DNA from: Candidatus Magasanikbacteria bacterium GW2011_GWA2_56_11
Lineage (GTDB): Bacteria; Patescibacteriota; Patescibacteriia; Magasanikbacterales; UBA922
DNA length: 64,000 nt
Reading direction: 5' to 3'
NCBI GenBank assembly: GCA_001004885.1
Contig: LCRX01000006.1
Coordinates: 35,079 to 99,078 of the forward strand
The notes below the pieces were generated by a model. The model worked only from the letters and a program-made list of their open reading frames with translations. It was not told the origin of the DNA and searched no databases. The translations under genes and the position numbers were made by a program. Below, in pieces: positions 40,527-50,046 of this stretch; position 1 is the stretch's first letter, and every line of letters starts with the position of its first letter.

Positions 40527-41066
40527 ATGCCCGATTTTTTTCTGCCCGGCGTTCTGACTCTCGTGGTTTTGGGTCTTTTGGCTTTTTTCGGGTATATGGT
40601 TTACGCCGCTGTTTCGGGGGCCCCTTTTTGGCCGCTCGCGCCCGACGCTGTCGGCAAACTGATAGCCAGCGCGGGCCTTGACCCCCGCGATACGCTGGTG
40701 GATTTAGGATCGGGAGACGGCCGCATTCTTGAGGCGGCCGCACCCTATGTGCGCTCTGCCGTCGGTTTTGAGATCAACCCTTTTTTGTGCTGGTGGAGCC
40801 GATTCCGGCTGCGGCATTATCCCCACGTGCGGGTGTTGCGCCGTAGTTTTTGGGGCGAAAATTTGTCCGGGGCAACGGTGGTAACATTATTTTTCATCCC
40901 CGGCAAAATGGATAAGCTCGCCCATAAATTGCTGGCGGAACTGGCCCCGGGCACAAGGATCGTTTCGGCCGGCTTTCAATTTCCCGGGTGGCACTACGAA
41001 AAAAAAGATGGTACAGTATACCTATATCTCGTACCTCCGGCGCCGGAGGCGGCTCCCCCAAATTAA
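40527..41066 (+). CDS. small membrane-anchored SAM-dependent methyltransferase-like protein
   Basis: N-terminal TM segment, then VDLGSGDGRIL motif I. Confidence 0.5.
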   Translation: MPDFFLPGVLTLVVLGLLAFFGYMVYAAVSGAPFWPLAPDAVGKLIASAGLDPRDTLVDLGSGDGRILEAAAPYVRSAVGFEINPFLCWWSRFRLRHYPHVRVLRRSFWGENLSGATVVTLFFIPGKMDKLAHKLLAELAPGTRIVSAGFQFPGWHYEKKDGTVYLYLVPPAPEAAPPN

Positions 41067-41106
41067 GGCCCTTAAAAGCGTCAATCAAGAATGAAGTGCC
41101 TATTCT

Positions 41107-41406
41107 ATGTCTTTCACCCCGCTCGGCGATGCTCTGCGCCACAAAATGAACCAAAGCTCGTCTCTCGGCAAACAAGTCGAATCGGCCGAGGTAGTCGCGG
41201 CGGCCGAATCTGTTTTAACCGAAGTTTTTGGCAGCGATGTCGGGCAGACGGCCAAGCCTTTGTTTATTAAAAACCGGACTTTGACCGTCAGCTGCGGCAG
41301 CTCGGCCGTGGCCCAGGAAATTAGGCTAAATCAAGCCAAAATTGTAGAAAAAATAAACGATAAATTAGGCAAAAGCGAAGTGGACAGGATCCGTTATCTG
41401 GCCTAG
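41107..41406 (+). CDS. DUF721 / DciA-like protein
   Basis: KNRTLTVSCGSSAVAQEIRLNQAKIVEKIN matches the GTLTV..SSAWAxEL pattern of DUF721. Confidence 0.55.
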   Translation: MSFTPLGDALRHKMNQSSSLGKQVESAEVVAAAESVLTEVFGSDVGQTAKPLFIKNRTLTVSCGSSAVAQEIRLNQAKIVEKINDKLGKSEVDRIRYLA

Positions 41407-41504
41407 ACGCGTTCGCTTGCCAGCAGCCGGCAAAAGCAGTACAATAAGGCCGTACCGCTCTCGCCTCCTCGACGGGCGCCGAGCTTTCGAGTGTCTACCC
41501 CGAT

Positions 41505-41906
41505 ATGACCCTGCGCCAGTACCTCGCGACCATGATTTTTGCCACCCTGCTGTGTTATACAGCATGGTTTTTTGTAATTGATAACGTGGATCCCTTTGCC
41601 GCCTCGGCGGCCGGACTGGGTTTTTTTTATCTCAGTTTTTTCCTGTCGCTTCTCGGCACCTGTTCCTTGATTTTTTTCTGCCTGTATCGCTTTTTTGGCA
41701 CCTCTGATCTGCCTTTGTTCCGCTACGTGCAGAAGAGCTTCCGCGAATCGCTGGCTATTTCGGCTTATCTCGCGCTTATGCTCCTGCTCCAGGGGGCGTC
41801 TTACCTTACTTTTTGGATCGGATCCCTGGTTACCGGATTGTTCATTTTAGTCATTTCCTTTATGGTTTCGCTGCGTTCCCATCCGGCCGAACCAGAATCC
41901 ATCTAG
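41505..41906 (+). CDS. hypothetical membrane protein (4 TM)
   Basis: Four hydrophobic segments. Confidence 0.45.
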   Translation: MTLRQYLATMIFATLLCYTAWFFVIDNVDPFAASAAGLGFFYLSFFLSLLGTCSLIFFCLYRFFGTSDLPLFRYVQKSFRESLAISAYLALMLLLQGASYLTFWIGSLVTGLFILVISFMVSLRSHPAEPESI

Positions 41907-41912
41907 CCGTCT

Positions 41913-43172
41913 ATGCGCCAGTCCCAACTTTTTACCAGAACCAGCAAAGAAATGCCCAAAGACGAGGTGAGCGTCAACGCTTCGCTGCTTATGCGCGCCG
42001 GTTTTGTGGACAAATTATTTGCCGGAGTCTACACTTTGCTGCCGTTGGGACTCAGGGTCATGACAAAAATAGAAAACATAGTCCGCGCGCAAATGAACGC
42101 GGCTCTCGGCCAGGAGGTGCTTATGCCGGCGCTTCACCCGCGCGACAATTGGGACGCGACCGCGCGCTGGGACGCCATGGATGTTCTGTTCAAGCTTAAA
42201 GACAGCGCGGACAAGGAATACGCGCTCGGCGCTACGCACGAAGAAATAATCACGCCGCTGGCGCAGAAATTTTTGATTTCCTACCAGGATTTGCCGCGTT
42301 CGATTTATCAGATCCAGACTAAATTTCGCAATGAGCCGCGGGCTAAGTCCGGACTATTGCGCGGGCGCGAGTTTCGCATGAAGGACTTGTACTCGTTTCA
42401 TGCCGACGAAGCCGACCTAGACCAGTACTACGAAACCATGAAAGGAGTTTATTTTCAGGTGTTTAAACAAGTTGGTTTGGGCGGTATTACCCACATTACT
42501 TTCGCTTCGGGCGGCGCCTTCTCCAAATATTCCCACGAGTTTCAGACCATTACGTCCGCCGGTGAGGACACGATTTATGTCTGCGCCGCCTGCCAAGTGG
42601 CGGTGAACCGGGAAATCATCTCGGAATTAAAGTCTGTGTGTCCGGAGTGCGGCGGCACCGAGCTTCTCGAACACCGCGCCATTGAAGTAGGCAATATCTT
42701 TAAACTCGGCACCCGGTTTAGCGGCGCTTTTGATTTTCGCTATACGGATGAACGCGGGGCGCTCCGGCCGGTGGTTATGGGCTGCTACGGCATCGGCATC
42801 ACCCGGCTTTTGGGCGCCATTGTCGAGGTGCATCATGACGGGCGGGGGATTGTTTGGCCGGCGGCGGTGGCGCCTATGTCCGTTCATCTAGTTTCGCTCG
42901 CGCGCGAGGCGGCCGATGTTCGGCAGGCGGACGAGATCTACGGGGCGCTCGCCCGCGCCGGAATAGAGGTGTTGTACGACGACCGCCAAGCCGTCCGGGC
43001 CGGAGAGAAATTCGCCGACAGCGACCTTTTTGGCCTGCCGCTTAGAGTGGTCGTGAGCGCCAAGACTTTGGAAAGCCAAAGCGTCGAGCTTAAGCGGCGC
43101 GGCCGCGAGGAGGCGATTTTGGCGCCCATTGGTAATTTACTTACCGCCGTAACCCAGGAACTGGCCGGTTAA
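41913..43172 (+). CDS. proS: prolyl-tRNA synthetase (compact, no editing insertion)
   Basis: Class II motifs (FRNEPRAKSGLLRGREFRMKD; GCYGIGITRL), a zinc-binding CxxC...CxxC, and a C-terminal anticodon-binding domain. Confidence 0.85.
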   Translation: MRQSQLFTRTSKEMPKDEVSVNASLLMRAGFVDKLFAGVYTLLPLGLRVMTKIENIVRAQMNAALGQEVLMPALHPRDNWDATARWDAMDVLFKLKDSADKEYALGATHEEIITPLAQKFLISYQDLPRSIYQIQTKFRNEPRAKSGLLRGREFRMKDLYSFHADEADLDQYYETMKGVYFQVFKQVGLGGITHITFASGGAFSKYSHEFQTITSAGEDTIYVCAACQVAVNREIISELKSVCPECGGTELLEHRAIEVGNIFKLGTRFSGAFDFRYTDERGALRPVVMGCYGIGITRLLGAIVEVHHDGRGIVWPAAVAPMSVHLVSLAREAADVRQADEIYGALARAGIEVLYDDRQAVRAGEKFADSDLFGLPLRVVVSAKTLESQSVELKRRGREEAILAPIGNLLTAVTQELAG

Positions 43173-43229
43173 TCTCTCAGGCGCGGAACCATTGAAAAGC
43201 GATCTGAAAATTATTTTTGAGATAGGTTC

Positions 43230-44279
43230 ATGTTAAATTTTCTTTCCAAAAAATTGAGCCAGGATATAGGCATAGATTTAGGTACGGCCAACACGCTTGT
43301 TTACACCAAAGACAGGGGAATAGTCATTGACGAACCGTCGGTCGTGGCCGTTAATCTAAAGACCGAACAGATTTTGGCCGTGGGCAACGAAGCCAAACAG
43401 ATGCTCGGCAAGACGCCGTCGCATATCGTCGTGACGCGGCCGTTGACGAGCGGCATTATTTCCGATTACGAGGTAACGGAAAAGATGCTGCGGTATTTTA
43501 TTGACAAGGTTTATGAAGGCCGTTTCTCCCTTATGTCCCGGCCCCGGGTGATCATCGGCGTGCCGTTGGATGTTACCGAGGTAGAGGTTAAAGCGGTGGA
43601 AGACGCCGCGCTCTCCGCCGGAGCGCGCGAGGTTTCTATCGTGCAGGAACCCATGCTGGCGGCCATCGGTTCGCGTCTGCCGATTGAGGATCCGGTCGGC
43701 AATATGATAGTAGATATTGGGGGCGGCAAAACCGAAGTAGCGGTCATCTCTCTTTCCGGCGTGGTAACGTGGAAGTCTACCCCGATAGCCGGCGATGAGT
43801 TCAATCGCAATATCGTGCAATACGCGCGTGAGGTGTTCAATCTGATGATCGGCGAGGCTCACGCCGAACAGATCAAGATCAAGGCCGGCTCCGTTATCGA
43901 CGCCGGCGAACGTTTGGAGTTTCCCATGCGCGGGCGGGACGTGGTCAGCGGCTTGCCCAAAGAAATTATCGTCAACGACACGCATATCCGCGAAGCCCTG
44001 GAACGATCCACGCGGACCGTGGTTGACTATATCAAGATGACTCTCGAAGTAACTCCGCCGGAGTTGACTGCCGATATTCATGAACGGGGCATGCTCCTTT
44101 CCGGCGGCGGCGCCTATTTGCGCGGACTTGACCGTATTATAGCCGAGGCGACCGCGATTCCGGTGCGCATCGTAGACGATCCTCTCACAGCGGTGGTGCG
44201 CGGTACCGGAGTGCTTCTGGAACAGGAAGAGCTGCTGCAACAGGTAAAATTGCCTTCGGCCCGTAATCTGGCCAAATAA
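43230..44279 (+). CDS. mreB: rod shape-determining protein MreB
   Basis: N-terminal IGIDLGTANTLVY actin-fold phosphate-1 motif, and a DIGGGTTE-like motif. Confidence 0.9.
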   Translation: MLNFLSKKLSQDIGIDLGTANTLVYTKDRGIVIDEPSVVAVNLKTEQILAVGNEAKQMLGKTPSHIVVTRPLTSGIISDYEVTEKMLRYFIDKVYEGRFSLMSRPRVIIGVPLDVTEVEVKAVEDAALSAGAREVSIVQEPMLAAIGSRLPIEDPVGNMIVDIGGGKTEVAVISLSGVVTWKSTPIAGDEFNRNIVQYAREVFNLMIGEAHAEQIKIKAGSVIDAGERLEFPMRGRDVVSGLPKEIIVNDTHIREALERSTRTVVDYIKMTLEVTPPELTADIHERGMLLSGGGAYLRGLDRIIAEATAIPVRIVDDPLTAVVRGTGVLLEQEELLQQVKLPSARNLAK

Positions 44280-44286
44280 GACCGCT

Positions 44287-44796
44287 ATGCGAGCGCAGCG
44301 CACGGTGCTAGTCCGGATTGCCATTGTTATTTTGGCTGTCATCGGCCTGCACGCGGTCGGTTGGCTTCGTCCCGTGGAAAGCGGTTTGCGTTCAGTGCTC
44401 AATCTCGGACTGGCCGGCGCCTACCGCGCCGCCAGTTTTGTCGCCGGCGGCCGGGAAACAGCGACCGGCCCTTCAAACGAGGAAAACGGCCAGAACCGCG
44501 AGGCCGAGCGAGTGGAGCTCGATCTGCTGCGCGCAGAAAATGTTGAACTGCGGGCCCTGCTTTCTTTTTCTTCTTCAACGCATTACGCGCTGATCGGCGC
44601 CGACGTCATTGGCCGGGGTGTTGACCCCTTGGGAACCACGATAATCATCAACCAGGGCCGGCGCTCCGGCCTAAGACTCAACAATCCGGTAGTGGCCGGG
44701 CAGGGCCGGCTGATAGGCACTGTCGCGCGGGTTGAAGAAACGGCAGCCGTTGTCCGTCTCATAAATGACAGCCGCAGTGGTAACCTCCGGCCTTGA
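44287..44796 (+). CDS. mreC: rod shape-determining protein MreC, N-terminal 169 aa; the reading frame breaks near 44780
   Basis: N-terminal TM segment, a coiled coil (LDLLRAENVELRALL) and a beta-domain. It terminates at SGNLRP*, while the expected MreC C-terminus continues in the +1 frame. Confidence 0.7.
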   Translation: MRAQRTVLVRIAIVILAVIGLHAVGWLRPVESGLRSVLNLGLAGAYRAASFVAGGRETATGPSNEENGQNREAERVELDLLRAENVELRALLSFSSSTHYALIGADVIGRGVDPLGTTIIINQGRRSGLRLNNPVVAGQGRLIGTVARVEETAAVVRLINDSRSGNLRP

Positions 44797-44941
44797 GGGC
44801 ACGATACCCCGCGGTCTCTTGATAGGCACAGTCGAGGTGGTAGAAAAAAAACCGCAAGAGCCGTTTCAGGAGGCCGTTTTGAAGACTGCCTTTGATTTAC
44901 ATAACCTGTCGGTGGTGTCTGTTTTATTGTACGAGCCTTGA
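44765..44941 (+). CDS. mreC: MreC C-terminal fragment in a shifted frame
   Basis: Translates to VVTSGLEGTIPRGLLIGTVEVV..., which matches the conserved MreC VVTSGLGGxFPxGLPIG motif. Confidence 0.45.
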   Translation: MTAAVVTSGLEGTIPRGLLIGTVEVVEKKPQEPFQEAVLKTAFDLHNLSVVSVLLYEP

Positions 44942-45492
44942 CCTTTATGCGCCGCCTCCTGGCATTTTCCGGATGCGTCCTGGCCGCCTTTGCCGCGGTG
45001 GCGCTGCAGATCGGCGCGGTGCCGGTTTTGCCTTTTCCCTGGTCAGCGGCTAATTTGGTGCTCCTGTTTTTGATCTTGCTCATTATGATTACCGACTCCG
45101 GGGCAGCGGTGTGGTGGGCGTTTTTCATGCACTTCGCGCTCGAGCTTTACGCCACCACGCCTTTTGGCGTGCTGCTCTTTAGCGGCACCATGACGGCCGC
45201 GTTGCTGTACGTGTTATACCGGACGTTAGTTACGAACCGCACTGCCCTGTCAGCTCTGGCTCTGGCCGCTTGCGGACTGATATTTTACCGCTGCGTCTAT
45301 ATTATCCTGGTGGCGGTATTCGGTGAAACTTTGGTCTGGCCGGGAGAGCGTCTCGGCTGGCTGATTTCGGCCTATTTTATTGAGCTTGCCATCACTGCCG
45401 CTCTGACAATAGTTTCGTTCGCGTTTCTTAAGCTAATTTTGTCCCGATTCAGCCTCACGACTGTTTCGGCCAAACATTATGAACGACGTTGA
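44938..45492 (+). CDS. mreD: MreD-like polytopic membrane protein
   Basis: 184 aa with five hydrophobic segments, in the canonical position between mreC and PBP2. Confidence 0.45.
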   Translation: MTFMRRLLAFSGCVLAAFAAVALQIGAVPVLPFPWSAANLVLLFLILLIMITDSGAAVWWAFFMHFALELYATTPFGVLLFSGTMTAALLYVLYRTLVTNRTALSALALAACGLIFYRCVYIILVAVFGETLVWPGERLGWLISAYFIELAITAALTIVSFAFLKLILSRFSLTTVSAKHYERR

Positions 45493-47503
45493 CCCGGTAG
45501 AAATTTTTCCGCTGGGCGCCAACCGCAAGAAATCCTGGCGGAAAATTACCGGCGCGTACAAGACGCGCTGGGTCGAGGGTACTCTGCCGGCCGGTCAATC
45601 GGCGCCGGCCGACCGGCTTATCGCCCGGGGCACGTCGCACATCGGGACGAGTTTTTCGTCCCGGCGGGCCCGACTGATGTTCGCCGTAATGCTCGGCGGT
45701 TGTTTGATACTTTTGGGCCGTCTGCTCGCGGTGCAGCTGGTTTTTGGCCAAAAGTACCGCGAACTGGCCGAAAACAACAGCGAGCGGATCGTGCCGGTGC
45801 CGGCGGAGCGCGGGCTTATTTATGACCGCCGCGGCCGTCTGCTCACCAAAAATGTTCCGAATTTTTCCGTTCTTATCACGCCCCGCGATTTGCCCCGCGG
45901 TCTGGACGAACGCGCCTTGGTGCTGCGGCGCTTGGCCGAGCTGGCAGAAGAAACGCCGGAGAGAATCGACAAGCTTTTGCGCGAATATTCCCGCTACAAA
46001 AGCGCCTCGGTAATCGTTCGCGAAGATATAGACTACGAAACTGCCCTGCGCATTTATATCGCGAGCGCCGACTTGCCAGGGGTGCAGATAGAACGCGGGA
46101 GTAAGCGTCTTTATGTCCGCTACCGCCCGGATCCGTCTTCGCCCTATCAGCTTTTGGCGGATGAGACGTCGAGCTCGAGCCCCCATGCCCTGGCCGCCGT
46201 TTTGGGTTACTTGGGCAAGCTAGATCCGGACGAATTGGAAACGCTTTACGGCTCCGGCTATCTGCCCTCCGATTCTATCGGTAAAACAGGGATAGAAAAA
46301 ACCTACGAATTTGCTTTGCGCGGCGTCTACGGCCGGCGGCGGATCGAGGTTAATGCCCTGGGCCGGGAACAGACCGTGCTCGCCGAGTACGCGCCCCAGC
46401 CCGGGGCGCATTTGGAGCTTTCGCTTGACGTTCTCATGCAGGCATCTCTTGAACAAATCATGCGGCGCGTAATGAAAAGCTCCGGCACAGAGCGCGGCGC
46501 CGGCGTCGTGCTCGAGCCCAAAACAGGACGTATCTTGGCTTTGGTGAGTATTCCGGCTTACGACAATAATGACTTCTCCGGCGGCATTGGCCAGGAAGCG
46601 TACGGGGCTTATCTCGCCGATCCCGACCGGCCGCTTTTTAACCGGGCGGTCTCCGGCGTATATCCGTCCGGTTCTACGATCAAGCCGGTTATAGCCGCGG
46701 CGGCGCTGGCGGAAAAAATTATTACGCCGCAAACGACGGTGGCGAGCACCGGGGGCATCCGGGTCGGACAGTGGTTTTTTCCCGACTGGCAGCCTTCCGG
46801 ACACGGCCAGACTAACGTCGCTCGCTCCATTGCCTGGTCCGTAAATACGTTCTATTACTATATTGGGGGCGGCTACGCGGGTTTCCGCGGCTTAGGCGTA
46901 GAAAAAATTGCCGACTACCTCAGGATTTTCGGTTTTGGAACCAAACTGGGCGTGGATCTTACCGGCGAAGAGCCGGGGTTTGTTCCTTCCAAGGAATGGA
47001 AAGAACAGACCAAGGGCGAGCCATGGTATATCGGAGACACGTATAATCTATCCATTGGCCAAGGGGATTTGCTGGTTACACCTTTGCAGATTGCCGCTGC
47101 CACCGCCGCCATCGCCAACGGTGGCACTCTGTACCAGCCGCAAGTCGGCAATGCTACCTCCACTCCGGACGGCTCCGTGCGGACAGAATTGCCGCCGCGC
47201 GTAATAAAAGATCAGGTGGCGCCGCGCGAGTATGTAACTGTGGTACGCCAAGGCATGCGCGATTGCGTGGTTTACGGTTCCTGCCGCCAGCTTAGCTCGC
47301 TGCCGCTAGCCGCGGCTGGCAAAACCGGCACTGCCCAGTGGAATGCCGATCGCCCTAACCACGCCTGGTTTACTTCCTTTGCCCCTTATGATAACCCCGA
47401 AATCGCTGTTACGGTCATTATTGAAGAAGGCGTGGAAGGCAGCCGGGTGGCCGTCCCGGTAGTCCACGAGTTCCTACGCTGGTGGGCCGGGTATCGAAAA
47501 TAG
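45479..47503 (+). CDS. mrdA: penicillin-binding protein 2 (elongasome transpeptidase)
   Basis: N-terminal TM segment and dimerisation domain, then the transpeptidase motifs STIKP, SxN and KTGTA. Confidence 0.85.
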   Translation: MNDVDPVEIFPLGANRKKSWRKITGAYKTRWVEGTLPAGQSAPADRLIARGTSHIGTSFSSRRARLMFAVMLGGCLILLGRLLAVQLVFGQKYRELAENNSERIVPVPAERGLIYDRRGRLLTKNVPNFSVLITPRDLPRGLDERALVLRRLAELAEETPERIDKLLREYSRYKSASVIVREDIDYETALRIYIASADLPGVQIERGSKRLYVRYRPDPSSPYQLLADETSSSSPHALAAVLGYLGKLDPDELETLYGSGYLPSDSIGKTGIEKTYEFALRGVYGRRRIEVNALGREQTVLAEYAPQPGAHLELSLDVLMQASLEQIMRRVMKSSGTERGAGVVLEPKTGRILALVSIPAYDNNDFSGGIGQEAYGAYLADPDRPLFNRAVSGVYPSGSTIKPVIAAAALAEKIITPQTTVASTGGIRVGQWFFPDWQPSGHGQTNVARSIAWSVNTFYYYIGGGYAGFRGLGVEKIADYLRIFGFGTKLGVDLTGEEPGFVPSKEWKEQTKGEPWYIGDTYNLSIGQGDLLVTPLQIAAATAAIANGGTLYQPQVGNATSTPDGSVRTELPPRVIKDQVAPREYVTVVRQGMRDCVVYGSCRQLSSLPLAAAGKTGTAQWNADRPNHAWFTSFAPYDNPEIAVTVIIEEGVEGSRVAVPVVHEFLRWWAGYRK

Positions 47504-47506
47504 GGC

Positions 47507-47534
47507 TTGACCGGCGGCAACTATTTGCTATACT
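47507..47534 (+). promoter_or_regulatory. promoter-like element
   Basis: TTGACC, a 16-bp spacer, then TATACT. Confidence 0.4.
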
Positions 47535-47597
47535 AGCTCTATCCGTGGCGTATCGCCCGGATATCTTTTTTAAAGCTCAGAGTTCGCGGTCTGCCAT

Positions 47598-47626
47598 TTG
47601 CCTGCGCTCAGTACTCTGGGTATAAT
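47598..47626 (+). promoter_or_regulatory. promoter-like element upstream of greA
   Basis: TTGCCT, a 17-bp spacer, then TATAAT; the ATG follows 10 nt downstream. Confidence 0.45.
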
Positions 47627-47636
47627 CGGCCTATTT

Positions 47637-48101
47637 ATGAGCGACAGCACCCAATATCTCAGTCAGGACAAATACCAAGCGCTGCGATCCGAACTCCGGG
47701 AGTTACGCTCTGTCCAGATTCCTTCTATCGCCAAGCGTATTGACGAGGCCAGGCAAATGGGCGACTTGTCGGAGAACGCCGAGTACCACGCGGCCCGCGA
47801 GGAAATGAGCTGGGCGCAGTCGCGAGCCAAGGAAATCGAGCATATTCTCGACAATGCCGAAATGATTGCCCATGACGGCAACCAGCAGACGGTCGGCATC
47901 GGCTCATCCGTCGTTGTCAAAGCCGGCAAAACCGACCGTGAGTTCACGATCGTCGGCGCTCAAGAGGCCGATCCCATCGCCGGCAAAATCTCCAATGAGT
48001 CCCCCCTGGGCCAGGCTTTTTTGGGCAAGAAAAAAGGCGATCGGGTGGAGGTGCGCGTGCCGGCCGGCACGCAGGTTTACGAAATTTTGGAAATCAAATA
48101 A
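47637..48101 (+). CDS. greA: transcription elongation factor GreA
   Basis: N-terminal coiled coil and C-terminal FKBP-like domain, with DLSENAEYHAAREE acidic-tip residues. Confidence 0.85.
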   Translation: MSDSTQYLSQDKYQALRSELRELRSVQIPSIAKRIDEARQMGDLSENAEYHAAREEMSWAQSRAKEIEHILDNAEMIAHDGNQQTVGIGSSVVVKAGKTDREFTIVGAQEADPIAGKISNESPLGQAFLGKKKGDRVEVRVPAGTQVYEILEIK

Positions 48102-48110
48102 TTTTGGTTT

Positions 48111-49616
48111 ATGCCCGCCGTCACCGCCGTAAATATCAATGACGAGTTTGCCATCCGCATCCGCAAATTGGCCGAGCTGCGCCAGGAGGGGATAGAGCCT
48201 TATCCGGCCCGCGCCGCCCGCCGGCAGATGATCGGCGAAGCCCTTAATTTGGCGCCGGGCGAATCGGTAGCCGTCGCCGGCCGCGTGCTCACCAAGCGGG
48301 AAATGGGCAAGCTCACTTTTTGCCACCTGCAGGACGAGAGCGGGCGGATGCAGATTGTCCTGAAGAAAGACGAAATGGATGCCGAATCTTATAATCGTTT
48401 CGTCAAAAAAATCGATCCGGCCGATATTGTTGACGTCGCCGGCGTCCGTTTTGTTACCCAGAAGGGGGAGGAGTCCATACTCGTCAAAGACTGGGGGCTA
48501 CTCACCAAGGCGCTTCTGCCGTTGCCGGAGAAATGGCATGGCCTGACTGATGTCGAGGCCCGCTACCGTAAGCGTTATCTCGATCTTTTGGCCAATCCGG
48601 GGTCTATGCGGATCGCGATCCTGCGCAGCAATCTTGTCCGGGCTCTCCGCCACTACTTTGATGTCCGCGGATTCTACGAAGTGGAGACTCCGGTTTTACA
48701 GACGCTTTACGGCGGCGCGCTCGCCAAACCGTTCGTTACTCATCACAACGCGCTCGACATCCCGCTTTATCTGCGCATTGCCCCGGAATTATACCTTAAG
48801 CGGCTGATCGTCGGCGGCTTTGAAAAAGTGTACGAAGTGGCCAAATGTTTTCGCAATGAAGGCATAGACAATAATCATAATCCGGAATTCACGCAAATAG
48901 AGTTCTATTGGGCCTATGCCGATTATCGCCAGCTCATGGACCTAATGGAAGATCTTTTGCCGCACCTTATTTCCGCCGTCGGCCTGCCTCTCCGGTTCAC
49001 GACCAACGGCCAGGAGGTGGATTTTACGCCGCCGTATCCGCGCGTCGCGATGCGCGATTTGATCAAAGAGTACGCCGGGCTCGACATTGAGGATTTTCCG
49101 GATCAGGCGTCCTTGTACCGCAAAGCCAAAGAGCTCAAAGTGGAGGATATCGACCCGGCCGCCGGCCGGGGCAAACTGATCGACGAGATATACAAAAAAT
49201 ACGCCCGGCCGCGCATCGTCAATCCGCTTTTCATGATTGACCACCCAGTGGAGCTTTCGCCGCTCGCCAAGCGCCGGCCGGATAACCCCAATTACGTGGA
49301 GCGGTTTCAGCTCTTGTGCGTGGGCGGCAATGAATTGTGCAATGCTTTCTCCGAGCTCAATGACCCGCTCGACCAGGAGGCGCGTTTCGAGGAGCAGGCG
49401 GAATTGAAAGAAGGCGGAGACGAAGAGAGCATGCCTTACGACGAGGATTTCGTTACGGCTTTGAAACACGGCATGCCGCCCACGGCCGGACTGGGCATGG
49501 GCATTGACCGCTTGGTCAAACTGCTCGTAGACGCCTCGAACCTCAAAGAGGTAATCTTGTTTCCCACCCTGAGACCGGAACAGGATCCTGGCGGACGCGA
49601 GACGCGGGCCAGCTAA
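48111..49616 (+). CDS. lysS: lysyl-tRNA synthetase, class II
   Basis: N-terminal OB domain and class II motifs (FRNEGIDNNHNPEFT; GLGMGIDRL). Confidence 0.9.
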   Translation: MPAVTAVNINDEFAIRIRKLAELRQEGIEPYPARAARRQMIGEALNLAPGESVAVAGRVLTKREMGKLTFCHLQDESGRMQIVLKKDEMDAESYNRFVKKIDPADIVDVAGVRFVTQKGEESILVKDWGLLTKALLPLPEKWHGLTDVEARYRKRYLDLLANPGSMRIAILRSNLVRALRHYFDVRGFYEVETPVLQTLYGGALAKPFVTHHNALDIPLYLRIAPELYLKRLIVGGFEKVYEVAKCFRNEGIDNNHNPEFTQIEFYWAYADYRQLMDLMEDLLPHLISAVGLPLRFTTNGQEVDFTPPYPRVAMRDLIKEYAGLDIEDFPDQASLYRKAKELKVEDIDPAAGRGKLIDEIYKKYARPRIVNPLFMIDHPVELSPLAKRRPDNPNYVERFQLLCVGGNELCNAFSELNDPLDQEARFEEQAELKEGGDEESMPYDEDFVTALKHGMPPTAGLGMGIDRLVKLLVDASNLKEVILFPTLRPEQDPGGRETRAS

Positions 49617-49626
49617 GCGCTAGAAT

Positions 49627-50046
49627 ATGAAAAGTGTCATGATTTTCGGGACCTTTGACATCCTTCATCCCGGACACATCGCGCTTTTCAAACAAGCTAG
49701 GGGCTATGGCGACCATCTCACAGTCGTTCTCGCCCGCGACGTTACGGTCCGAAAAGTAAAAGGCAGTTTGCCGTTGCATGATGAAAAACAGCGCCGCGAA
49801 ATCCTCGCTCATATTGATCTGATCGACCGCGTCGTGATGGGGGACACGGATAATGCTTACCGCATTATCAAGCGCGTCCGGCCCCGTGTAATCGCCCTGG
49901 GCTATGACCAGACAGCCTTTGTCGACCGGCTCGAAGAGCAGCTCAAAGAGTTCAAACTGCCGGCCAAAATCGTCCGGCTCAAACCGCATCGCGAGAATAA
50001 GCATAAGACTCATAAAATTAAACGTCTCCTCGCGCAGCAACTATGA
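49627..50046 (+). CDS. cytidylyltransferase-like nucleotidyltransferase (RibL/TagD family)
   Basis: FGTFDILHPGH matches the (H/T)xGH motif. Confidence 0.6.
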   Translation: MKSVMIFGTFDILHPGHIALFKQARGYGDHLTVVLARDVTVRKVKGSLPLHDEKQRREILAHIDLIDRVVMGDTDNAYRIIKRVRPRVIALGYDQTAFVDRLEEQLKEFKLPAKIVRLKPHRENKHKTHKIKRLLAQQL

